A stretch of DNA of 35,558 nt from Acholeplasmataceae bacterium (GTDB taxonomy: Bacteria; Bacillota_I; Bacilli_A; Acholeplasmatales; Acholeplasmataceae), in contig JBAYAP010000001.1 of NCBI GenBank assembly GCA_041669715.1, positions 1-35,558 on the forward strand, given 5' to 3'. The position numbers and the translations under genes were made by a program. Below the pieces are notes generated by a model. It ran no database searches and was not told the DNA's origin. It was given only the letters and a program-made list of their open reading frames with translations. This document shows, in pieces, positions 1 to 7,168 of the stretch (position 1 is its first letter; each line of letters begins with the position of its first letter).

Positions 1-975
1 TTTATTTAAACTGATCCGTTTATCAGATATTTTCATGGTAATAAAGTTAATTTTATTTAAGTATAATGCAATATCTGATAATTTATAGTCATCATTAACA
101 ATGATCATCATATCAATAATATTTTTAGAATAAATATTTGATAAAGCTGTACTTCCAATATGTTCAATACCGATAATCGCATCTGGATTTAAATGATGAG
201 AAAGATATGTTTTTTCTTTTAAAAATCTTTTATTCCATCTTTTTTGATATGGTAAAAGAGAAACTGGAAATAATTCCCATAGCTCTTCTAGTGTTAATTC
301 TTCTAATGGTTTTGGTTTATTTTTTATATTTCTAGTTAAAAGGACAATAGATAAAATACTACTTGAAACACCAACAACTAAACCTAATATAGCGTTACTT
401 GTTTGACTATTATAAACAGTATATATATCAATTCTTATAAAAATAAACATTGCACCTTGTGCAATCACTAATGAAACAAGCGCACTTGATAACATAACAA
501 CCTTTAATGCAAGTAGCATAGAATCTCTTAAATGACTTGATTTAATAAGGCCAATAATAGCAAATACAAATTCAATAATAGTAACAATAACAATAATTAA
601 ACTTATAAAAAATCCATAATTAAATTGATCATTTGGTATATAAAATAATCTAACCATGTAAATTGAATAAGTAATTGATGATAGTAATAATGCTAAATAA
701 ATTAATATTACATATCTTCTCTCTTTTCCAGGATCAAACTTAGAATTTCTTGCTCCTCGATAAAAGATTTGTTTTGTCATACCTATTCCAATAGAGTAAA
801 TACTAGATACAATTAAGAAATATGAAGATATATAAAATGCAGCAATAACTTTAAAAGCAGCAATAGAAAAATTGATGAACATTGCCACCACTGAAAGTTT
901 TTGATTTCTTGTTTGAAAGTCGATTAAATTATTTTTTATAACAAATGTTTTTATTGCCTTGAATATCTGCATCAT
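1..975 (-). CDS. Fusion of ~6-TM membrane domain with C-terminal GrpB-family (nucleotidyltransferase fold) domain; 3' end runs off window
   Basis: Manual translation, open from ATG 975 (in-frame ATGs also at 972, 987, 1014) to base 1: MMQIFKAIK..[hydrophobic helices]..KPKPLEELTLEELWELFPVSLLPYQKRW..IEHIGSTALSNIYSKNIIDMM..KRISLNK. 'LEELWELFP' and 'HIGST..K.IID' are GrpB-type motifs. Absent from the ORF track because there is no stop in the window. Confidence 0.8.
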   Translation of the reverse strand, partial: MMQIFKAIKTFVIKNNLIDFQTRNQKLSVVAMFINFSIAAFKVIAAFYISSYFLIVSSIYSIGIGMTKQIFYRGARNSKFDPGKERRYVILIYLALLLSSITYSIYMVRLFYIPNDQFNYGFFISLIIVIVTIIEFVFAIIGLIKSSHLRDSMLLALKVVMLSSALVSLVIAQGAMFIFIRIDIYTVYNSQTSNAILGLVVGVSSSILSIVLLTRNIKNKPKPLEELTLEELWELFPVSLLPYQKRWNKRFLKEKTYLSHHLNPDAIIGIEHIGSTALSNIYSKNIIDMMIIVNDDYKLSDIALYLNKINFITMKISDKRISLNK

Positions 976-1067
976 GTACACCAACATATTAATATACTTG
1001 TTATAGTGCTGCATTTTTTATTTTACACTATTCTATAAAAAAAAGTATCAATTTTAATAGAATATGG

Positions 1068-1110
1068 TAAAAAAAAGAAATCATAAATAATTAGGATTTC
1101 ATTTTTTTTA
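1068..1110 (-). terminator. Probable intrinsic terminator downstream of dNK
   Basis: Imperfect hairpin GAAATC..GATTTC flanked by A and T tracts, just after the stop at 1122. Confidence 0.45.
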
Positions 1111-1121
1111 CTTATTAAAAT

Positions 1122-1727
1122 TTAAAAATTAAATTTTTTAATTTCTTTTAACGTAATATCAAACACTTCATCTTCTGATTTTCCTGATGTGTTTATAATC
1201 ACGTAGGGCACATCATAGACACGGCATTGAGCTTCTACTTTAGATACATAATCAGAAATTAAACTTCTAAAATATACTGCGTTTTTATCAAAATTCTCAA
1301 TTTCTTGATTTCTCCCTCTTGCTAAGACACGTTCTTTAAAATTATCCCAATCAACATCTAATATAATATATAAATCTGTTTTTTTAACTTGATTCATATA
1401 TGCATGAAATACACCATTATACATATTCATGATCGTTGGCATACTTTTAAGATTGTGTTGTGCAAATAGCCAATGTTCGATTAAGTCACGATCAACAATA
1501 AAATTATTTTCATATTTTTGTTGATTCAACCAGTGGTTATGAATGAAATAAATTTGAAGAAGCATTTCTACATTAGGCTTTTGTTCATAGAGCCATTTTA
1601 ATAATGTGTTAAATACTTCATCGTCTTTTTCAAATTCTTCCATGACTGGTAATTCTAGGGCTTCTCCTAATCTTTTTACTAATGTTGATTTGCCTGATGC
1701 AATCATTCCACCTACTGAAATTTTCAT
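1122..1727 (-). CDS. Deoxynucleoside kinase (dNK family)
   Basis: P-loop GMIASGKST, DR motif (IVDRDLIEH), lid RVLARGRNQE; RBS AGGAG. Confidence 0.92.
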   Translation of the reverse strand: MKISVGGMIASGKSTLVKRLGEALELPVMEEFEKDDEVFNTLLKWLYEQKPNVEMLLQIYFIHNHWLNQQKYENNFIVDRDLIEHWLFAQHNLKSMPTIMNMYNGVFHAYMNQVKKTDLYIILDVDWDNFKERVLARGRNQEIENFDKNAVYFRSLISDYVSKVEAQCRVYDVPYVIINTSGKSEDEVFDITLKEIKKFNF

Positions 1728-1742
1728 TTGTTTTCTCCTAAG

Positions 1743-1832
1743 TTATTTTAAATAATTTAATACCGGTTTATCTGCTTGAGCAAAATCCATATCAATCATA
1801 TCATTTTTTGTACACCATTTTAAAGCTAAATG
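1743..1832 (-). pseudogene. C-terminal remnant of a MutT/NUDIX hydrolase gene
   Basis: Translates HLALKWCTKNDMIDMDFAQADKPVLNYLK*, matching the MutT tail pattern EH..lkW......l.w/f.a.AD.P; no start codon or Nudix box upstream. Confidence 0.65.
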
Positions 1833-1833
1833 T

Positions 1834-2103
1834 TTATTTTAATTTATTTAAAAAAGTAAATGCATTTGGATCCGTACCATACATATAGTTAGTTGTTATC
1901 AATTTACCTTTTTTTTCTTAGTTAAAACTATTAAATTCATCCTTAAATAAACCTAAAGCTAAAGAATTAATAAATGCAACAGAAATATAAAAACTACTAC
2001 ATTCTTTAAGTGAGGTTTTGAGTTCATGATAAAAGCTTTTATCTATTTTATTTGTAATTAAATCTATTTCATCAGTTTGATTATAGTTAATCATAAAAAA
2101 CAC
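1834..2103 (-). pseudogene. N-terminal remnant of a PLD-like nuclease/SF2 helicase (DUF3427-type) gene with internal stop
   Basis: LITN..KSFYHELKTSLKECSSFYISVAFIN..L..FKDEF then TAA (1918-1920). The same frame continues EKKGKLITTNYMYGTDPNAFTFLNKLK*. The SVAFI and GK.ITT.Y..T.P.A motifs are typical of this N-terminal PLD domain. Confidence 0.7.
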
Positions 2104-2113
2104 CCTGTTTAGA

Positions 2114-2647
2114 CTATAACGTAATCTCTTTAATTCTTTCTTTTAAACTTAAAATACACCCACAATATCTTTGACAATATAAGCCATAAGCTTTAGCTTT
2201 CTTTTGCCCTTCTCTAAATCCTACCCTAAAGTCTTCATATAAAAACTTTATCCCATACTTTTCACTATAGGTTTCGCCCATCTTTTTAATTAAATCATGA
2301 TTTTGATAAGGACTTACTAAAAGGCTTGTCGTAACTGCTTCATATCCTTTTTCTTTAGCAACTTCAAAAAGTTTTTTCATTCTTTTTTGATAACACATAT
2401 TGCATCGATCTATATCTTTATCTGCAAGAGCACGCCATAGATCTTCTTCAAAGTCAGGATAATAATAAACATCAAAATCTTTATCTTTTGCTAGTTTTTC
2501 AACGCTTTCTTCGCGTTTTTCAAATTCTTCTATAGGATGTATATTTGGATTATAATAAAGTCCTGTAACCTCAATACCTCGTTCCTGTAGCGTTTCAACA
2601 GGATATACAGCACAAGGTGCACAACACATATGCATTAAAACTTTCAT
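2114..2647 (-). CDS. queH: Epoxyqueuosine reductase QueH (DUF208)
   Basis: HMCCAPC, YNPNIHP, RCNMCY, TTSLLVSPYQ and QRYCGC motifs. Confidence 0.93.
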   Translation of the reverse strand: MKVLMHMCCAPCAVYPVETLQERGIEVTGLYYNPNIHPIEEFEKREESVEKLAKDKDFDVYYYPDFEEDLWRALADKDIDRCNMCYQKRMKKLFEVAKEKGYEAVTTSLLVSPYQNHDLIKKMGETYSEKYGIKFLYEDFRVGFREGQKKAKAYGLYCQRYCGCILSLKERIKEITL

Positions 2648-2658
2648 AATTTACCTCT

Positions 2659-3132
2659 TTATTTTTTTAAATATTCAATACCATGTTTACAAATACTAAC
2701 ATTTCTAACATCATCTTGATTAACACGGATAATGATAATCTTTTGATGAAAATCAAATGATTCAAAGCCATCTTTTTGATTATCTGATGTTGTTACAATA
2801 TTTAAGTAACTACCATAATTATCAATTTTTGAGATACTTGGATTACCATCTGAACTAGCAAAATTAAAATGAATGATAATCAATCGATTTAATTTTAAAT
2901 AACGATCATTAATATGATGGTGTTCAAATTGATTTAAATCAACATTAAATGCATCAAAAATCATTAATAACTGTTCAAAATCATCAGAATCATTGACGCT
3001 ATAATACTCAAAAGATACATCAATATCATCAAAAACCGATAAAATTTCAAAATCAATTGAATTAGGTATACTTAATGTCTTTGTTTCATCAATAATTAAA
3101 GCTTTATTTTTATCACTTAATATTAATCCCAT
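2659..3132 (-). CDS. Hypothetical protein
   Basis: 157 aa ORF with RBS (AGAAGG), tightly packed between OYE and queH; no confident family. Confidence 0.7.
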   Translation of the reverse strand: MGLILSDKNKALIIDETKTLSIPNSIDFEILSVFDDIDVSFEYYSVNDSDDFEQLLMIFDAFNVDLNQFEHHHINDRYLKLNRLIIIHFNFASSDGNPSISKIDNYGSYLNIVTTSDNQKDGFESFDFHQKIIIIRVNQDDVRNVSICKHGIEYLKK

Positions 3133-3153
3133 GAGTACCTTCTCTTTTTATGT

Positions 3154-4149
3154 TTATTTTTTAGCTCTAATATATTGAATTGGATATTCAATATCAGCTT
3201 CTAGATCTTTTGCGTGATTGATTACATGATATGGTTCTCTTAATAATAATCTACCTAAATATACTAAATCACATTGATTTTTAATAATTGCTTGATCAGC
3301 AAATGCTAAATCCTCAATCATACCGCCACCAATAACAGGTAAACCTGTATGTTTTTTTACAAAATCAGCATATTTAAGTTGATATCCAGGAAAAACTTCA
3401 TATTTTGTTAAAATATTACCACCCGTTGACACATCAACAAGATCAATACCTAAATCTTTAATTTCATTTATGACATCTGATATCATTTGAGGTGTAACAC
3501 CACCTTCAATAAATTCAAATGCAGAAACTCTAATTGCAAGCACTTTTTCTTTAGGCCATACTTCATTAATCGCAGTAATAACTTTTTTTAATAATAAGAC
3601 ACCATTTTTATATACATCAGATCGCTTATTTGATAATGGTGATAAAAATTCAAATAATAAATACCCATGAGCTGCATGGATTTCTAATAAATCATAGCCA
3701 GCAGCATTCGCTCGTCTTGCAGCTTCTCGAAACTGATAAACAACTTGATGAATCATATCTGCATCCATTTCTAAAGGCACTTTATAATCACCAAAAGCAA
3801 TAGCACTTGGTCCAATAGGATTGTCAATTTTTGCTTTTCTACCTGCATGATTAATTTGTATACCTATAGGCACACCATATTGATGCACAGTATCAACAAT
3901 ATCTTTTAATCCTTCAATATGTTCATCCGACCAGATGCCTAAATCATTTGTTGTAATTCTACCATCAGGGTCAACTGCAGTTGCTTCTTGAATAATTAAA
4001 CCAACCCCACCAATAGCCCGTGTCGCATAATGTATAACATGAAAATCATGGACAAAACCATGTGCATCAGAACTATACATACACATTGGTGGTAGAACAG
4101 TTCTATTTTTTAACTTAATATTTTTTAATTGAAATGGTTCAAATAACAT
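3154..4149 (-). CDS. namA: Old yellow enzyme, NADPH dehydrogenase NamA/YqjM type
   Basis: NRTVLPPMCMYS, IQINHAGRK, EIHAAHGYL, GRLLLREP. Confidence 0.9.
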   Translation of the reverse strand: MLFEPFQLKNIKLKNRTVLPPMCMYSSDAHGFVHDFHVIHYATRAIGGVGLIIQEATAVDPDGRITTNDLGIWSDEHIEGLKDIVDTVHQYGVPIGIQINHAGRKAKIDNPIGPSAIAFGDYKVPLEMDADMIHQVVYQFREAARRANAAGYDLLEIHAAHGYLLFEFLSPLSNKRSDVYKNGVLLLKKVITAINEVWPKEKVLAIRVSAFEFIEGGVTPQMISDVINEIKDLGIDLVDVSTGGNILTKYEVFPGYQLKYADFVKKHTGLPVIGGGMIEDLAFADQAIIKNQCDLVYLGRLLLREPYHVINHAKDLEADIEYPIQYIRAKK

Positions 4150-4159
4150 ATATGCCTTC

Positions 4160-4507
4160 CTATCTGTTTTGATTTAAATTATATATTATAATATCTTTAA
4201 TTAAATTTTCATCTAAACTCATTGAATACGGGATTCTTATAGTGCCTTTATCTAACTTATAATTTTCTAAACGACTTCTAAAATAATCGATCGTATCAGG
4301 ACCTGGGAAAAGACTTAAATGAGATTGAAATAAACCAACATGCATAATAACACCTTTATAAAAATAAGTAGGTATTCCATAACTTATTTTTTCCATCACA
4401 TCTTCACATGCATCAAAGATCAGTTTTCTAATTGTTAAAAATTTATTTTTAACGTCATCATCATAGCCTTCAATATACTTTATCAAGGCTTCAGGCATGG
4501 ATTTCAT
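4160..4507 (-). CDS. DUF1801/YdhG-family (iron chaperone-like) protein
   Basis: EKISYGIPTY..H.GLF..HLSLFP..KGTIRIPY pattern. Confidence 0.82.
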   Translation of the reverse strand: MKSMPEALIKYIEGYDDDVKNKFLTIRKLIFDACEDVMEKISYGIPTYFYKGVIMHVGLFQSHLSLFPGPDTIDYFRSRLENYKLDKGTIRIPYSMSLDENLIKDIIIYNLNQNR

Positions 4508-4573
4508 AAAATTTCTCCCATTTTTTAATTACTTATATTTTAACATATGTTAAAAGATAAGTTTAGATAAAAA

Positions 4574-4595
4574 TAAAAAGTCTTTCGACTTTTTA
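4574..4595 (-). terminator. Intrinsic terminator after lipoprotein gene
   Basis: On - strand TAAAAAGTC-GAAA-GACTTTTTA followed by a T tract. Confidence 0.75.
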
Positions 4596-4599
4596 CTTA

Positions 4600-5403
4600 T
4601 TAATCCATATTGTCTTCATAATAGATAAATCCCGCACTTAAAGCCCCAATATCAAATGTATAATTATCTCTTTCAATAACAATCGTATAATAATAACTTT
4701 GTTGATCATCATATCCACCCCAATATCCAAATTCAATTTGAGTCACAATATTATTTTCAACTGTTAAGTATAAAAAATTTAAACGCATTTGTTCAACATC
4801 AGCATGCATATAAAACGAATCACTTAATGATTGCTTAAATGTTTCATCATTTAAATAATCATCAGTTATATACCATCTGTTACTAATTTCTTCAACTTGA
4901 TCATCATAAGTATGTTCAAACATACCTAATTCAAATATTGAATAATCAAAGACTAACTCTGGATTTTCATCATCATCAGAATCCATATATAATTTTTGGA
5001 AATCTTCATCAGTACTAACATATTTAAATTTATAATAATGTCTAAAACTACCATCAGCATGCATATCATATAAATGATAACCAATATCGGATACATCACT
5101 ATAATTTGTTAAGATTAAATCTTTATTTTGCCAACCAGCATTAAAATGATAAGCCATTGATTGAAGATAAATATCTCCTTCATAAAACTTTGCTAACTTA
5201 TAAACAAACCAATCTTCACCATTCGTTTGATGGATTTCTAGTTTATATAAGTAATTATCGCTTAAATCATTAAATTCATCAATTGCTTCTGTTAAACTGG
5301 CACCTTCTGTTACTAATGTTTCTTCGCTTGGCTCATTACTACAAGCAAAAAGCACTAATGAAAGTACACAAACAATCATCACATTAACTATTTTATTCAT
5401 CAT
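4600..5403 (-). CDS. Putative lipoprotein, acidic and Tyr-rich
   Basis: Signal peptide with lipobox LFA-C followed by SNEPSEE; RBS GCGGGG. Confidence 0.8.
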   Translation of the reverse strand: MMNKIVNVMIVCVLSLVLFACSNEPSEETLVTEGASLTEAIDEFNDLSDNYLYKLEIHQTNGEDWFVYKLAKFYEGDIYLQSMAYHFNAGWQNKDLILTNYSDVSDIGYHLYDMHADGSFRHYYKFKYVSTDEDFQKLYMDSDDDENPELVFDYSIFELGMFEHTYDDQVEEISNRWYITDDYLNDETFKQSLSDSFYMHADVEQMRLNFLYLTVENNIVTQIEFGYWGGYDDQQSYYYTIVIERDNYTFDIGALSAGFIYYEDNMD

Positions 5404-5450
5404 ATTCCCCGCTTCTTATAATATATATAATTAATTATATACCAAAATAA

Positions 5451-5481
5451 ATAAAAACAAACTAAAAAAGTTTGTTTTTAT
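5451..5481 (-). terminator. Intrinsic terminator
   Basis: Perfect 13-bp stem ATAAAAACAAACT/AGTTTGTTTTTAT just after the stop at 5488. Confidence 0.75.
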
Positions 5482-5487
5482 CATTCC

Positions 5488-5829
5488 TTATTTATCAATA
5501 TCGTTTAATTCTTTCCATTTTTTTCTTATATCTACATGATTATTTTTATCAAATAAAATATATCTTTGAATCAATAAAGCAGTAACAATAATAAGTGGAA
5601 TAACCGGAGTTCCCGGTCCAAACCAAAACAAAACAACGGTAGTTCCAATACCTATCATCCATAAATTACTTGCTAGTGTTCCAAAAATAATAAATAAAAC
5701 AGCCCATCCATGAAATAACATATATGAAATGAATAAACTCACGTATCCTCTAAAGCTGTTCATAGACTTAATCACTGACCAGACAACTTTGAAAAACTTA
5801 ATCCAAAATATTTTAAATTTATGCCACAT
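5488..5829 (-). CDS. Small membrane protein (2-3 TM), unknown function
   Basis: Hydrophobic segments, FWFGPGTPVIP motif, amphipathic basic N-terminus. Confidence 0.75.
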   Translation of the reverse strand: MWHKFKIFWIKFFKVVWSVIKSMNSFRGYVSLFISYMLFHGWAVLFIIFGTLASNLWMIGIGTTVVLFWFGPGTPVIPLIIVTALLIQRYILFDKNNHVDIRKKWKELNDIDK

Positions 5830-5841
5830 ATTTTTCTAAAA

Positions 5842-5868
5842 AAAAGTAAACATCAAATGTTTACTTTT
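5842..5868 (-). terminator. Intrinsic terminator overlapping the stop of the small beta protein
   Basis: 12-bp stem AAAAGTAAACAT/ATGTTTACTTTT followed on - strand by a T tract. Confidence 0.7.
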
Positions 5869-6058
5869 GGTGTACCTCAGTTTTTAAAACTTGTTGATTA
5901 ATTGCTTCTGGATAAGGATATGCTTCTTCTCTGCCTCTTTTATATAGCACATAGATAAGCCCACGTTTAAAGTCGATACGTGTTACAACTCCAAATGCTT
6001 TTTCACCTACTACAGTAACTTTTTCACCAATAAGATACGTTTCATTGCTCCATGCCAT
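5861..6058 (-). CDS. Small hypothetical protein, SH3/KOW-like beta pattern (65 aa)
   Basis: ATG 6058 preceded by RBS GAGGTG; IGEKVTV..FGVVTRID..GLIYVLY pattern. Confidence 0.72.
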   Translation of the reverse strand: MAWSNETYLIGEKVTVVGEKAFGVVTRIDFKRGLIYVLYKRGREEAYPYPEAINQQVLKTEVHQK

Positions 6059-6077
6059 TTTTAAACACCTCACTATT

Positions 6078-6086
6078 ATTATAGCA
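6078..6086 (-). promoter_or_regulatory. Extended -10 promoter (TGCTATAAT)
   Basis: Consensus TGnTATAAT just upstream of the RBS of 5861..6058. Confidence 0.55.
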
Positions 6087-6088
6087 TA

Positions 6089-7168
6089 CTATTTTTTATT
6101 TCGTTGATTTTTCAAACGATATTTTTTAAGTGTTGACCCAATTAAATACACTTTTTGCTCACTTGTTTGCACTTTTAAAAACAATAATAGTTCTAAAGCA
6201 AGTCCTTTTGGATTAAGTGATAATAATTTTTCTAATTCTTGATTATGAAGTGGAAAGTCTTTGTCATGCAAATTAGTTAATAACGGATAAGCTTCTTCTT
6301 CATTTTTTCTTATAAATATATAAAATTCTTTTAATATTTTAGGAATTTCTGTATATAAATCAGTACATTTTACATTTTGTATATTACAAAGCATTTCATA
6401 GCATTTATGAACTTGTTCTTGTGCCATATATGTAATAAATTCATCAATATCATTTGATTGATCATGCCAAGAAATAAGTACTTCTAATAAATCAAGACGC
6501 CATAATAATCGATGCTTTGAGTTTTCGTTTAATCCATATTTTTCCATAAACATTTTTCTTACTTTATCAACTAACTCTAAATTAAGGGTTTCATATAAAT
6601 TAAGAAATTCATCAAGCATTTTACCATCTTTAGGATTTTGACTTACAAATTGATAAATATCTTCTATCAATTGCTTTTTTTCACTTGTATAAGCTTCAAT
6701 CAATTCATCAAAATTCACACTGACCATATGCTTATCTAATTTATTTTTCTTATATATATAAGTTTCATAGGTCATACCATCTTTTGTTAAACTTGTTGGT
6801 TTTAACACAGAAAAACCAATAGATCCTTGTTGATAAGTACGATTTGTCGGATGACCGACAATATCATTTCTAATATATTTTAATTGATGGAGCGCTTTAT
6901 TTTGATTAATATTAATATAATACTTATAATGTGTAAGTCCAATAGCTAAATCATATAAACAATCAATACCAACAAAAAAGCCTTGTAATAAACCAAAAAC
7001 ATCAAGTAAAACTTCTCCTTGATTAATAACTTCATCAGTTTTAAATGCTTCAATCATAAGATCTACATTTTCTAACATATCAAAAGAAGATTTTGCCCGA
7101 TAACCATAACTGTTTTGTTCATCTTTTTCTAATGCCTCTACATAAGGTTTTAATTTTAATAAACTCAT
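6089..7168 (-). CDS. Helical protein with N-terminal HEPN-like motif (R100-NDIVG-H106)
   Basis: 359 aa, helical-looking; LHQLKYIRNDIVGHPT fits R-X4-6-H; ATGA overlap with the upstream 1000 aa gene. The ORF is secure, the HEPN call is inference. Confidence 0.55.
   Translation of the reverse strand: MSLLKLKPYVEALEKDEQNSYGYRAKSSFDMLENVDLMIEAFKTDEVINQGEVLLDVFGLLQGFFVGIDCLYDLAIGLTHYKYYININQNKALHQLKYIRNDIVGHPTNRTYQQGSIGFSVLKPTSLTKDGMTYETYIYKKNKLDKHMVSVNFDELIEAYTSEKKQLIEDIYQFVSQNPKDGKMLDEFLNLYETLNLELVDKVRKMFMEKYGLNENSKHRLLWRLDLLEVLISWHDQSNDIDEFITYMAQEQVHKCYEMLCNIQNVKCTDLYTEIPKILKEFYIFIRKNEEEAYPLLTNLHDKDFPLHNQELEKLLSLNPKGLALELLLFLKVQTSEQKVYLIGSTLKKYRLKNQRNKK

Noticed and set aside
1918-1920. Possible stop-codon readthrough or genetic code 4
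   Set aside because: The stop is TAA, not TGA; TGA terminates bona fide genes here; truncation 28 codons later indicates a pseudogene
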